Shown in pieces: positions 1 through 9,362 of a stretch of 64,000 nt of DNA. The notes under the pieces were generated by a model that ran no database searches, was not told the origin of the DNA, and saw only the letters and a list, made by a program, of their open reading frames with translations. The translations under genes were made by a program, and so were the position numbers. The stretch comes from Isoptericola halotolerans (GTDB lineage Bacteria; Actinomycetota; Actinomycetes; Actinomycetales; Cellulomonadaceae), in NCBI RefSeq assembly GCF_013149785.1, contig NZ_JABEZU010000002.1, forward strand, positions 372,001 through 436,000, written 5' to 3'. Position 1 is the first letter of the stretch. Each line of letters starts with the position of its first letter.

Positions 1-318
1 GGCACCGACTCGGTGATGGAGACGCGCACGCGGCTGCTCCTGACGAGCGCCGGCCTGCCCTGTCCCCTCGTGAACGAGGTGGTCCGGCTCGGCGACGGGA
101 CGTACGTCAAGCGCTGCGACCTGCTCTACCCGGCCCAGAGGGTGGTGATCGAGTACGACGGTGACCAGCACCGGACCGACAAGGAGCAGTGGCGTGAGGA
201 CATCCGCCGTCGGCGATGGCTCGAGGAGATCGGGTTCACGGTGATCGTCGCGGTGGCTGACGACGTCGTCCGGGACGGGACGAGGCTGGTGGGCCGCACC
301 CGACAGGCTCTGCGATAG
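1..318 (+). CDS. 3' part of a DUF559/Vsr-like PD-(D/E)xK endonuclease-domain protein (gene begins before the window)
   Basis: Frame is open from base 1. Motifs S-x-x-E-T-R-x-R-L, CDLLYP, VVIEYDGDQH and DIRRRRWLEEIGFTVI are typical of the C-terminal DUF559-like domain of actinobacterial AbiEi-DUF559 proteins. Confidence 0.75.
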   Translation, partial: GTDSVMETRTRLLLTSAGLPCPLVNEVVRLGDGTYVKRCDLLYPAQRVVIEYDGDQHRTDKEQWREDIRRRRWLEEIGFTVIVAVADDVVRDGTRLVGRTRQALR

Positions 319-320
319 GC

Positions 321-392
321 GTTGTGGGCGCGATCTCTGGCCTCTCCATGCCCCCACAAAGGGCGAACAGGGCCAGAGATCGCGCCCACAAC
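321..392. repeat. REP-like palindrome, copy 1 (72 bp); may also act as a bidirectional terminator
   Basis: Perfect 22-bp inverted arms GTTGTGGGCGCGATCTCTGGCC (321-342) and GGCCAGAGATCGCGCCCACAAC (371-392), between convergent genes. Confidence 0.85.
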
Positions 393-403
393 ACGCCGAG
401 TCG

Positions 404-1228
404 TCAGTGGCGGTTGCGGTAGAGGTACATCGTGATCGGGGCGAAGACCGCGGTCATGACGACGGCGGAGATCAGGACCGTCGTGACGTCGCCGATCCCG
501 GCAGTGCCGGCCATCAGCCCTCGTACCGCGGTGACCAGGTGCGACACCGGGTTCACGTTCACGAAGGCCTGCAGTCCCGAGGGCATCGTGGACGGGTCCA
601 CGAAGATGTTGGACGCGAACGTCAACGGCATGAGCACCATCATCGACACGCCCATCACGGCGTTCGGGGTGCGCAGCAGCAGCCCGAGGATCGTGAAGAT
701 CCAGCTCAGCGCGAACGCGAACACCAGGAGCAGCGCGACGCCGGCGACGACCCCGAGCACTCCGCCGTCAGGCCGGAAGCCGATGATCAGCCCGAGCCCG
801 ATGCACATGATCGAGGCGATGGTGTAGCGCACCGTGTCGCCCATCAGGGCACCCACGATCGGCGCCGGTCGCCAGATCGGCAGGGACCGGAACCGGTCGA
901 ACACACCCTTGGTGATGTCGGTGTTGAGCGTGTAGCCCGTGTACACCGTCACGATGATGATGGTCTGCACCAGGATGCCCGGCAGCAGGAACTGGATGTA
1001 GGCATCCGTGGACCCCGCGAGCGCACCGCCGAACAGGTAGGTGAACATCAGGGTGAAGATGACGGGGGAGACCAGCACGTCGAAGAGCTGCTCCGGCACG
1101 TGCTTGATCTTCAGCAGGGCACGCCACGCGAAGGTGAACGAGCTGGCGACCGCCGAGGGACGCGACGGGCGCGACTCGAGCGCCACGGCCTCGCGCAGGG
1201 ACGTCGTGCTGATGTCGACGGCGCTCAT
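404..1228 (-). CDS. ABC-2 type exporter permease, DrrB-like
   Basis: About 6 TM helices, FDRFRSLPI motif and [13 protein letters not shown]. The ATG at 1228 overlaps the ATPase stop codon (ATGA); the longer ORF start is spurious. Confidence 0.9.
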   Translation of the reverse strand: MSAVDISTTSLREAVALESRPSRPSAVASSFTFAWRALLKIKHVPEQLFDVLVSPVIFTLMFTYLFGGALAGSTDAYIQFLLPGILVQTIIIVTVYTGYTLNTDITKGVFDRFRSLPIWRPAPIVGALMGDTVRYTIASIMCIGLGLIIGFRPDGGVLGVVAGVALLLVFAFALSWIFTILGLLLRTPNAVMGVSMMVLMPLTFASNIFVDPSTMPSGLQAFVNVNPVSHLVTAVRGLMAGTAGIGDVTTVLISAVVMTAVFAPITMYLYRNRH

Positions 1229-2253
1229 CGGGCCACCTCCTCCTCGACGGCAGCGCCGTCGTTCGTCTCGTCCGCGGGCAGCGGCTCGCCGGTCAAGGTC
1301 AGGAACACCTCGTCGAGGCTCGGCTGACCGAGAGAGAACTCGGGCACGGCGATCCCCGCCTCGCCGAGGGCTGGCAGGACCTGCGCCACGAGGTGGGCGC
1401 CGTCGTCGGGCACCCGGGCGTTGAGGGCGTACGGGTCCGTCGGCAGAGTCGGCTCGGTGCCCAGGACCCGATGCACGACGGCGGCGGCCTCGGCGCGCTG
1501 CGTGGCGTCCGCCAGGCGGAGGTCCACCGCACCCTGCCCGACGGACCGCTTGAGCTCGGTCGACGTGCCCTCGGCGATGAGCCTGCCGTGGTCGATCACG
1601 CCGATCCGGTCGGCGAGCTGGTCGGCCTCCTCGAGGTACTGCGTCGTGAGCAGCACGGTCGCCCCGTCCTCGACCAGCACCCGCACGATGTCCCACACCT
1701 GGTTGCGCGAGCGAGGGTCGAGGCCGGTGGTCGGCTCGTCGAGGAACAGCACCCGGGGCGAGAGCACGAGGGACGCGGCGAGGTCGATGCGCCGCCGCAT
1801 GCCGCCGGAGTACGTCTTGACCTGGCGGGAGCCGGCGTCGGTGAGGCTGAACGCCTCGAGCAGGTTCGCCACCCGCTGGGTCGCGGCCCGGCCGCGGAAA
1901 CCGTACAGCCGGGCGAGCATGAGCAGGTTCTCCGTGCCGGTCAGGTCCTCGTCGACCGAGGCGTACTGCCCGGTGAGCCCGACGGCGCCGCGGACGGCGT
2001 CGGCGTCGTGCACGACGTCGTGGCCCAGCACCCGGGCGGTGCCGCCGTCCGGTCGCAGCAGCGTCGCGAGCATGCGCACGACGGTCGTCTTGCCGGCACC
2101 GTTGGGGCCGAGCAGCCCGAAGACGCTCCCGTGGGGGATGGTCAGGTCGACGCCGTCGACAGCCTTGGTGGTCTTCTTGCCGGAGGTGAAGTGCTTGACG
2201 AGGCCCGTGGCCTCGACGGCGAGGGGCGGGGGTCCTCCCGCGTGGTCGGTCAT
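1225..2253 (-). CDS. ABC exporter ATP-binding protein, DrrA-like
   Basis: Walker [10 protein letters not shown], signature YSGGMRRR, Walker [23 protein letters not shown], and C-terminal [12 protein letters not shown]. Confidence 0.93.
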   Translation of the reverse strand: MTDHAGGPPPLAVEATGLVKHFTSGKKTTKAVDGVDLTIPHGSVFGLLGPNGAGKTTVVRMLATLLRPDGGTARVLGHDVVHDADAVRGAVGLTGQYASVDEDLTGTENLLMLARLYGFRGRAATQRVANLLEAFSLTDAGSRQVKTYSGGMRRRIDLAASLVLSPRVLFLDEPTTGLDPRSRNQVWDIVRVLVEDGATVLLTTQYLEEADQLADRIGVIDHGRLIAEGTSTELKRSVGQGAVDLRLADATQRAEAAAVVHRVLGTEPTLPTDPYALNARVPDDGAHLVAQVLPALGEAGIAVPEFSLGQPSLDEVFLTLTGEPLPADETNDGAAVEEEVAR

Positions 2254-2285
2254 GGTGGCTCCTAGGGGTGTGGTTTCCAAACTAG

Positions 2286-2307
2286 AACGTAGGACCCGCC
2301 TCCGACA
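2286..2307 (-). promoter_or_regulatory. PafBC-type (RecA-NDp) promoter of the ABC exporter
   Basis: Minus strand reads TGTCGG-AGGCGGGTCC-TACGTT, i.e. TGTCGG-N10-TAnnnT, 32 nt upstream of the start codon. Confidence 0.65.
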
Positions 2308-2343
2308 GTCTTTTCATCGGTCTCCCCGGCTAGGGTGACGGGC

Positions 2344-3825
2344 ATGACCGTCGGCGCTCCCGAGCGTGCCCGCGCACGCTCGACCCCGGACCTGAACACC
2401 TCCTACCTCGCGGACTGGGTCACGACCCGAGCCGCGCTCGCACGGGTCCCGGGCGTCCAGTACGCCGTGCTCGTCGGTGACGAGGTGGTCCTCGACGGTG
2501 CGTGGGGCGTCACCGACCTCACCTCCGGCACCCCGCTGCGTCCCGACCACCTGTTCCGGGTCGCCTCGCACTCGAAGACGTTCACGGCCACCGCCGTGGC
2601 GCGCCTGGTCGAGCGGGGTCAGATGCGCCTCGACGACCGTCTGGGGACGTTCGTGCCCGAGATCGGCCGCGCCCCCGTGGGAGAGGTCACCGTCCGCGAG
2701 GCGCTCGGGCACACCGGCGGGGTCCGCCGCGACGGCCGGGACGCGGACTTCTGGCAGCTCGGAGCACCCTTCCCCGACCGTGCGCGCCTGCTGGACGAGG
2801 TGCTCTCCGGTGGCGACGTGCTCGGCCGCGGCGAGGCGTTCAAGTACTCGAACCTCGCCTACGGGCTGCTCGGCCTCGCCATCGAGGCCGTCACCGGAGT
2901 CTCGTACGCCGAGCACGTGAGCACCGACCTGCTCGAGCCGCTCGGTCTGGCCGACACGTACCCGGAGCTGGACGAGGGCCTGGAGCGCCGTGCCGTCGTC
3001 GGTCACTCGGCCCCGACGCTCGCCGAACCAGGTCTGCCCGTGCGCTTCGCCGACGGCCGGCTGCCCGTCGCCGCCGTCACCACCGGGGCGCTCGCCGCGG
3101 CCACGGGCTTCTGCTCCACCGCCCGCGACCTGGTGCGGTGGGCGGCCGCGCACGGCGAGGGCTCCGACCTGCTGGAGCCGCAGACGCGGCGGCTGCTGCA
3201 GCGCGCGGAGTCCGTGGTCGACCGACCCGGCGCGCCGCGTCGGGAGTACGGCCTGGGGTTCGAGGTGCGCGAGATCGGCGGGCGCCGCGTCGTCGGGCAC
3301 TCGGGTGGCTTCCCGGGCCAGATCACCCGTACCTGGTGCGACCCGGCCCGTCGCGTCGCCGTCGCGGTCCTGACGAACGCCGTCGACGGCCCGGCGGACC
3401 AGATCGCCTCCGGGCTGTTCTCCCTGGTCAGCCGGTCCCTGCCCGACGACGGCGGGACGGCCGCGGGTGCGGGCGGCACCGTCACGCAGGGCTCGCTGTC
3501 GGGTGACACGCACCCCCTCGACCGGTGGACGGGACGGTTCGCGAACCTGTGGGGCATGGTCGACGTGGTGCGGCTGGGGGGCCGGCTGTGGTCGATCGAC
3601 CCCCGGCAGGCGGACCCCTTCGTCGGGGCCGAGGAGCTCACCGTGGACGGCGCGGCGCTCCGCCCCGAGGTGCACGACGGGTTCGGGCCGGTCGGCGAGC
3701 CGATCGAGGTGCTGCGCGACGCGGCGGACGAGCCGGTCGCCGTCGTCGTCGGCGGGATGACGTCGTGGCGGGCGGCCGACTACGAGCGCGAGCGTCGCGC
3801 GCAGGCGGGGCAGCTCAGCCGCTGA
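2344..3825 (+). CDS. Serine hydrolase, beta-lactamase/D-Ala-D-Ala carboxypeptidase family
   Basis: SxxK (VASHSKT), YxN (FKYSN) and HSG motifs. TAGGGT -10 element 7 nt before ATG 2344 suggests a leaderless start. Confidence 0.88.
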   Translation: MTVGAPERARARSTPDLNTSYLADWVTTRAALARVPGVQYAVLVGDEVVLDGAWGVTDLTSGTPLRPDHLFRVASHSKTFTATAVARLVERGQMRLDDRLGTFVPEIGRAPVGEVTVREALGHTGGVRRDGRDADFWQLGAPFPDRARLLDEVLSGGDVLGRGEAFKYSNLAYGLLGLAIEAVTGVSYAEHVSTDLLEPLGLADTYPELDEGLERRAVVGHSAPTLAEPGLPVRFADGRLPVAAVTTGALAAATGFCSTARDLVRWAAAHGEGSDLLEPQTRRLLQRAESVVDRPGAPRREYGLGFEVREIGGRRVVGHSGGFPGQITRTWCDPARRVAVAVLTNAVDGPADQIASGLFSLVSRSLPDDGGTAAGAGGTVTQGSLSGDTHPLDRWTGRFANLWGMVDVVRLGGRLWSIDPRQADPFVGAEELTVDGAALRPEVHDGFGPVGEPIEVLRDAADEPVAVVVGGMTSWRAADYERERRAQAGQLSR

Positions 3826-3831
3826 CCTGAC

Positions 3832-4587
3832 TCAGAGGTCGATCGGGTCCAGCCGGGGCGCGGGCAGCGGGCGAGGTTCCTCGAGCGTCTCGACCCCGGC
3901 GGCCTCCGGGGTGAGCAGACGCGTCACGGCGTCGTCGAGGTTGGCGCGGATCGCGGCGTCCAGGCCGTCGGCGTCGCGGGCCTCGAGCCGCTCGACGAGC
4001 GGTGCGTGGGACTCGGCCGCGTCCTTGCGCACCACGTACTCCTCGCTGACGGTGAAGCTGGCGATGCGGACCTCGACGATGAGCGTGGTCATCCAGCGCA
4101 GCAGCCACGGGTTGCCGCTGGCGGCGACCAGAGCCCAGTGCACGTTGAGGTCGGCGGCGCCGACCTGCAGGGCGTCGTGCGTCGCGTCGGCGCGCACGAG
4201 CGCGTCGTGCGCGGCACGGACGGAGGCGACCTGCTCGTCGCCGGCCTCGGCGACGGCGATCCGCGCGGCCGACGTCTCGACGACGGTCCGCGCGGCGTAC
4301 AGGGGCCGGATCCGGTCCTTGCCGATGGTGCGCACCGACAGGCCGCGTCCCGGGGTGGCGACCACGAGCCCTTCCGAGACGAGGCGCTGCGCCGCCTCGC
4401 GGAACGGTCCGCGGCTGACGCCGAGCTGACCGGCCATCTCGACCTCGCGGATCGGTGACCCGACGCGCAGCGCCCCGGAGTAGATCGCGTTGCGCAGCTC
4501 GGCGGTGATGAGGTCGACCGTCGAGGGTCTGGTCACGGGGGAGAGCGCGGGTGCTGCGCCCGGGGCAGGCCGGCCGGTCGAGGGCAT
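3832..4587 (-). CDS. GntR-family (FCD) transcriptional regulator
   Basis: wHTH motif REVEMAGQLGVSRGPFREA followed by an FCD-like region (HWALVAASGNPWL). Divergent from ehuB. Confidence 0.9.
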   Translation of the reverse strand: MPSTGRPAPGAAPALSPVTRPSTVDLITAELRNAIYSGALRVGSPIREVEMAGQLGVSRGPFREAAQRLVSEGLVVATPGRGLSVRTIGKDRIRPLYAARTVVETSAARIAVAEAGDEQVASVRAAHDALVRADATHDALQVGAADLNVHWALVAASGNPWLLRWMTTLIVEVRIASFTVSEEYVVRKDAAESHAPLVERLEARDADGLDAAIRANLDDAVTRLLTPEAAGVETLEEPRPLPAPRLDPIDL

Positions 4588-4702
4588 GCGAGGTCCTTCC
4601 GAGGTCACGACATGACAACGATCACGGGCGCCGCGATGTTGCCGGCATGTGTCGCGAGGTGAATTCTGCCGTCTCTAGCCGCGCCAACGCGCGGCGCTCT
4701 AA

Positions 4703-4716
4703 GATTGTAGACAATC
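4703..4716. promoter_or_regulatory. Putative GntR operator palindrome
   Basis: GATTGT-AG-ACAATC, an AT-rich palindrome in the divergent gntR/ehuB gap that resembles FadR/VanR-type TTGT-N2-ACAA boxes. Confidence 0.6.
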
Positions 4717-4827
4717 AGACGAGCCGACACGCCCATTGTCGGATCGTCCAGAACGCCGCTACCGTGGCGCATCGTCCGCACATCCAGCCCCGCAGCGCTC
4801 GCGTCGGGGCGACGGAAGGAGACCACC

Positions 4828-5769
4828 GTGCAGTCCACCAGGACCACGCATCGCCGCCGCGCACTGGCCGCGGCCGGCTCAGTTCTTGCTCTGACCGCGC
4901 TGGGCGCTTGCTCGAGCGTCGACGAGGGCGGATCGGGAGACGGGGACGGCGACGGCTCGACGCTCGCCGCATTGCAGGACGCCGGCACGATCGATGTCGG
5001 CTTCTTCGGCGAGGTGCCGTACAGCTACGAGGAGGGTGGCGAGCTCACCGGCGCCACCATCGAGCTCGGCCGGCAGATCTACGGTGAGCTCGGTATCGAC
5101 GAGGTCACCGGTACCCAGGTCGAGTGGGGCTCCCTGATCCCCGGCGTCACGGCGGACCGGTTCGACGCCGTCAGCGCGGGCATGTCGATCCTGCCGGAGC
5201 GCTGCGAGCAGGTCGCTTTCGCCGACCCGACGATCATGTACACCACGGCCTTCCTGGTGCCCGAGGGCAACCCGGACGGCCTCGTCGACTGGCAGTCGGT
5301 GGAGGGCTCGGGCCTGACGCTCGCCGTCACCTCGGGTGCGATCGAGGCAGGCTACGCCGAGGAGACCGACGTCGAGGCCATGGAGGTGCCCGACCGCCAG
5401 GCCGGCCTGGACGCCGTCGCCTCCGGTCGCGCCGACGCCTTCGCCCTGACGGGCATCTCGATCCGCGCGATGGCCGAGGAGACCGACCAGCCTGTCGAGG
5501 CGACCGAGGCGTTCGTCGCGACGATCAACGGTGAGCCGCAGATCGGCGCGGGTGCAGAGGTCTTCCGCCAGGGTGACACCGAGCTCCTCGAGGCCTACAA
5601 CGAGCAGCTCGCCACCTACGTGGGTGACGAGGCCGCGTGGCTCGAGATCATGGAGCCGTTCGGCTTCGCCTCCGCGGAGTTCCCCCCCGAGGGTCTGACG
5701 GTGGACCAGCTCTGCGACCCGGACCAGGACCTCTCCGACCTTGCCGACGAGCTGGGGCTGGACTACTGA
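4828..5769 (+). CDS. ehuB: Ectoine/hydroxyectoine ABC transporter substrate-binding lipoprotein
   Basis: Lipobox LGAC, GEVPYSY, WGSLIPG, AGMSILPERC and DAFALT. First gene of a polar amino-acid ABC operon. Confidence 0.82.
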   Translation: MQSTRTTHRRRALAAAGSVLALTALGACSSVDEGGSGDGDGDGSTLAALQDAGTIDVGFFGEVPYSYEEGGELTGATIELGRQIYGELGIDEVTGTQVEWGSLIPGVTADRFDAVSAGMSILPERCEQVAFADPTIMYTTAFLVPEGNPDGLVDWQSVEGSGLTLAVTSGAIEAGYAEETDVEAMEVPDRQAGLDAVASGRADAFALTGISIRAMAEETDQPVEATEAFVATINGEPQIGAGAEVFRQGDTELLEAYNEQLATYVGDEAAWLEIMEPFGFASAEFPPEGLTVDQLCDPDQDLSDLADELGLDY

Positions 5770-5773
5770 CCTG

Positions 5774-6523
5774 ATGTCAGACGATCTCCAGACGCTGGTC
5801 GACAGGCTTCCCGGCCTTGCCGACGGTGTACTCGTCACTCTGCAGATGACGCTCGGCGGCGCCGTCCTCGCGATGGTCGTCGCCGTCGTCCTCGGGTTCG
5901 GCTCGCGCACCCAGTCGCTCTGGGTGCGCGGGCCGTCCCGCGTCGTCGTCGAGTTCTTCCGTGGCACGTCGCTCGTGGTCCAGCTCTTCTGGCTCTTCTA
6001 CGTGCTGCCGCAGTTCGGGTTCAAGATGGAGGCGCTCGCGGTCGCGGTGCTCGCCCTGGGGCTCAACTACGGTGCCTACGCCTCCGAGGTGGTGCGCGGG
6101 TCCATCGCCTCCGTCCCGAAGGGCCAGTGGGAGGCCGCCACCGCGCTGAACATGACCTGGCTGCACAAGGTGCGACGCGTGATCTTCCCGCAGGCCTGGG
6201 CGCTCATGATCCCCATGCTCGCGAACTTGCTGATCCAGCTCCTCAAGGGCTCGGCTCTGGCGTACTACATCACGCTGCAGGACGTGAACTTCTGGACCGT
6301 GGAGCTGCGCCGGGCCACGGCCGACACGATCTTCAGCTACACGGCAGGACTACTCGTCTACTTCGTCATCGCCTATCTGCTCACCTGGGGCATGAACCTG
6401 CTCGAGGAGCGTGCCAAGCGGCGCCTCGGCCGGGGGACCCGTCCGAGCCTGCGAGAGGCCTTCGGGCTGAAGCCCAGGGCGATGTATGCCCCGAAGGTTC
6501 CTGAGGCGAGGGGGGCGATCTGA
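5774..6523 (+). CDS. ehuC: Ectoine ABC transporter permease
   Basis: FFRGTSLVVQLFWLFY and AYASEVVRG...GQWEAA (EAA motif). Confidence 0.82.
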   Translation: MSDDLQTLVDRLPGLADGVLVTLQMTLGGAVLAMVVAVVLGFGSRTQSLWVRGPSRVVVEFFRGTSLVVQLFWLFYVLPQFGFKMEALAVAVLALGLNYGAYASEVVRGSIASVPKGQWEAATALNMTWLHKVRRVIFPQAWALMIPMLANLLIQLLKGSALAYYITLQDVNFWTVELRRATADTIFSYTAGLLVYFVIAYLLTWGMNLLEERAKRRLGRGTRPSLREAFGLKPRAMYAPKVPEARGAI

Positions 6524-7167
6524 TGGGCGACATCTGGAGCTGGGAGCGGGCGTGGGACGTCCTGCCCAAGCTGCTCGAGGGCCTGGTGGTCACCATCCAG
6601 GCGACCGTCGTCGGTATGGTGATCGCCTCGATCCTCGGCCTCTTCATCGCCCTGGCGATGCGGTCCCCGAGCCGGTGGGTGCGGATTCCGTTGAAGTTCG
6701 TCGTGGACTTCATCCGGATGACGCCGCTGCTGGTCCAGCTGGTGTTCGTCTACCTGCTCTCCCCGCCGTGGATCCCCGGGCTCGCGATCGGCTGCGTCGT
6801 GCTCGGCATCCACTACGCGACGTACATGTCCGAGGTCTACCGCGCCGGGATCGAGGCGGTCCCGAAGGGGCAGTGGGAGGCGGCGACCGCGCTGAACATG
6901 GCGCCGGGACGCACCTGGCGTGCGGTGATCCTGCCGCAGGCGATCCGTAACACGCTGCCGGGCCTGGGCAACTACGCGATCTCGATGTTCAAGGAGACGC
7001 CGTTCCTCTTCGCGATCTCCGTGGTGGAGATGTACACGGCTGCCCAGCAGTTCGGTGCCGGCACGTTCTCCTACATCGAGGCGCTCACGATGGTCGGACT
7101 GCTCTTCCTCGCGGTGAGCTATCCGACGTCGCTGCTGGTGCGCAGGATGGAGACCCGCCTTGCCTGA
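6523..7167 (+). CDS. ehuD: Ectoine ABC transporter permease
   Basis: TPLLVQL, LGIHYATYMSEVYRAGI, GQWEAA and SMFKETP. Confidence 0.82.
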   Translation: MGDIWSWERAWDVLPKLLEGLVVTIQATVVGMVIASILGLFIALAMRSPSRWVRIPLKFVVDFIRMTPLLVQLVFVYLLSPPWIPGLAIGCVVLGIHYATYMSEVYRAGIEAVPKGQWEAATALNMAPGRTWRAVILPQAIRNTLPGLGNYAISMFKETPFLFAISVVEMYTAAQQFGAGTFSYIEALTMVGLLFLAVSYPTSLLVRRMETRLA

Positions 7168-7195
7168 TTCGACCCGTCCCACAGGAAGCCAGACC

Positions 7196-7984
7196 ATGAC
7201 CACCACCCCGGGTGACGTACCCGCGATCGAGTTCCAGGACGTCGTCAAGCGGTTCGGCGACAACACCGTCCTGGACCGACTGAACTTCTCCGTGCCGCAG
7301 GGCCAGCGGATCACGCTGATCGGTCCGTCCGGCTCGGGCAAGACCACCATCCTGCGCCTGCTCATGACGCTCGAGGAGCTCAGCGGGGGCCTCATCCTCA
7401 TCGACGGCGACCCGTACACGCACGAGTACAAGGGCGAGAAGTGGGTCGCCGTCCCCGAGAGGCGTCGCCGGGTGGTGCGCAACCGGGTCGGGATGGTCTT
7501 CCAGCAGTTCAACCTGTTCCCGAACATGTCGGTGCTGGAGAACATCATCGAGTCGCCCGTCCATGTGCTGAAGAAGTCGAAGGACGAGGCCGTCGCCGAC
7601 GCCGAGCGCCTGCTCGACAAGGTCGGGATGTCGGAGAAGCGCGACTTCAAGACGAACGAGCTCTCGGGAGGTCAGCAGCAGCGTGTGGCGATCGCCCGGG
7701 CGCTGGCGATGGACCCGGAGATCCTCCTCCTCGACGAGGTGACCTCCGCTCTCGACCCGGAGATCGTGGCCGACGTGCTGGACGTGCTGCGAGAGATCGC
7801 GGACACGACCGACATCACGATGCTGCTGGTCACGCACGAGATGCAGTTCGCCCGTGAGGTGTCGGACCGTGTGCTGATGTTCGACAAGGGGCAGATCGTC
7901 GAGGAGGCGGACCCCGAGACGATGTTCACCAACCCGTCCCACGAACGGACCCAGGCGTTCCTCAAGGCCGTCCTCGGCGGCTGA
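7196..7984 (+). CDS. ehuA: Ectoine ABC transporter ATP-binding protein
   Basis: GPSGSGKTTILRLLMTLE, LSGGQQQRVAIARAL and LLDEVTSALDPE. An alternative TTG start at 7160 overlaps ehuD. Confidence 0.87.
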   Translation: MTTTPGDVPAIEFQDVVKRFGDNTVLDRLNFSVPQGQRITLIGPSGSGKTTILRLLMTLEELSGGLILIDGDPYTHEYKGEKWVAVPERRRRVVRNRVGMVFQQFNLFPNMSVLENIIESPVHVLKKSKDEAVADAERLLDKVGMSEKRDFKTNELSGGQQQRVAIARALAMDPEILLLDEVTSALDPEIVADVLDVLREIADTTDITMLLVTHEMQFAREVSDRVLMFDKGQIVEEADPETMFTNPSHERTQAFLKAVLGG

Positions 7985-7990
7985 CCGCGC

Positions 7991-8052
7991 GTTGTGGGTG
8001 TACGACACGCCGGCCACCTGACGGGGTGACCGGCGTGTCGTGCACCCACCAC
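7991..8052. repeat. REP-like palindrome, divergent copy (62 bp); probable bidirectional terminator
   Basis: Arms GTTGTGGGTGTACGACACGCCGG and CCGGCGTGTCGTGCACCCACCAC (2 mismatches in 23). Shares the (GC)GTTGTGGG left end with the 321 and 26619 elements. Confidence 0.7.
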
Positions 8053-8062
8053 GTGAAACGGG

Positions 8063-9352
8063 TCAGGAGGTGACGGCCTCCGCGGCGGCGAGCAGGATGC
8101 ACGTTGCGACACCGTCCATCGCCACGCGGACCTCGTCCAGCGGGGGCATCGACGGGGCCAACCGGATGTTGCGGTTCTGCGGGTCGTCACCGTAGGGGAA
8201 CGTCGCGCCGGCCGGGGTCAGCTTGATGCCGGCCTCGCCCGCGAGCTCCACGACCCGTGACGCCGTGCCCGGCACCACGTCCACCGAGACGAAGTAGCCG
8301 CCGTCCGGGTCGGTCCACGTCGCGACGCCCGTGTCGGCGAGCCGCTCGGTGAGGATCGACGTCACCGCCTCGAACTTCGGCGCGAGGATCTCGCGGTGCT
8401 TCGCCATGTGGGCGCGGACGCCCGCGGCGTCCCCGAAGAACAGCGCGTGCCGGAGCTGGTTCACCTTGTCCGGGCCGATCGAGCGGAACGACAGGTGCTG
8501 GGAGAACCAGGCGATGTTCGCAGGGGAGGACGCGAGGAAGGACACGCCGGCGCCCGCGAAGGCCACCTTCGACGTCGAGGCGAACATCAGCACGCGGTCG
8601 GGGTGGCCCGCCTCGGCGGCCAGCTCGATCGCGTTCGCCGTCTTGGTCTCGTGCTCGGTGAGGTGGTGCACCGCGTAGGCGTTGTCCCAGAAGATGCGGA
8701 AGTCCGGAGCAGCGGTCGGCATCGAGACCAGCCGCCGCGCGACCGCCTCGGAGACCACCGAGCCGTCCGGGTTGGCGTAGGTCGGCACGGCCCACATGCC
8801 CTTGACCGACGGGTCCTCGGCCACGAGGGCGGCGACCGCCTCCGCGTCGGGGCCGTCCGGCGTCATGGGGACGGTCACCATACGGATGCCCAGCTCCTCG
8901 CAGATCGCGAAGTGCCGGTCGTACCCGGGCACCGGGCAGATGAACGTGATCGGTCCGTCGGACGCGGACCACGGCCCGTCGCCGCCGGGAGCCCCGAACA
9001 GCATCGCCTGCACCACGCAGTCGTACATGAGGCGCAGGGAGGCGTTGTCCTGGGCGAGGAGCTGGTCGGTCGGTACCCCGAGCAGCTCGGCGAAGATCTC
9101 ACGCAGCTCCGGCAGGCCCGCGAGCCCGCCGTAGTTGCGCACGTCCGTGCCGGACGCGGAGGTGTGGTTACCCTCGCCGGGCAGGGACAGCATCGGCTCG
9201 GACAGGTCGAGCTGCTCGGCCGAGGGCTTGCCGCGGGTGAGGTCGAGACTCAGTCCACGGGCCTGCAGGGCGGCGTACTGCTCGCGCAGCGCCGGCAGGC
9301 GGTCGGCGAGCGCGGGGTCGACGGCGGTGGCGTGGTCAGGTGAGGTGCTCAC
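8063..9352 (-). CDS. PLP-dependent class I/II aminotransferase (actinobacterial aspartate aminotransferase type)
   Basis: LDLTRGKPS, PGYDRHF, WDNAYAVH, FASTSK (PLP lysine), GGYF and IRLAPS. Confidence 0.9.
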   Translation of the reverse strand: MSTSPDHATAVDPALADRLPALREQYAALQARGLSLDLTRGKPSAEQLDLSEPMLSLPGEGNHTSASGTDVRNYGGLAGLPELREIFAELLGVPTDQLLAQDNASLRLMYDCVVQAMLFGAPGGDGPWSASDGPITFICPVPGYDRHFAICEELGIRMVTVPMTPDGPDAEAVAALVAEDPSVKGMWAVPTYANPDGSVVSEAVARRLVSMPTAAPDFRIFWDNAYAVHHLTEHETKTANAIELAAEAGHPDRVLMFASTSKVAFAGAGVSFLASSPANIAWFSQHLSFRSIGPDKVNQLRHALFFGDAAGVRAHMAKHREILAPKFEAVTSILTERLADTGVATWTDPDGGYFVSVDVVPGTASRVVELAGEAGIKLTPAGATFPYGDDPQNRNIRLAPSMPPLDEVRVAMDGVATCILLAAAEAVTS

Positions 9353-9362
9353 GGTCCCGACC

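Noticed and set aside
2344..3825. True beta-lactam resistance gene
   Set aside because: No signal peptide. The SxxK fold is shared with cytoplasmic esterases and amidases, so resistance is unsupported.
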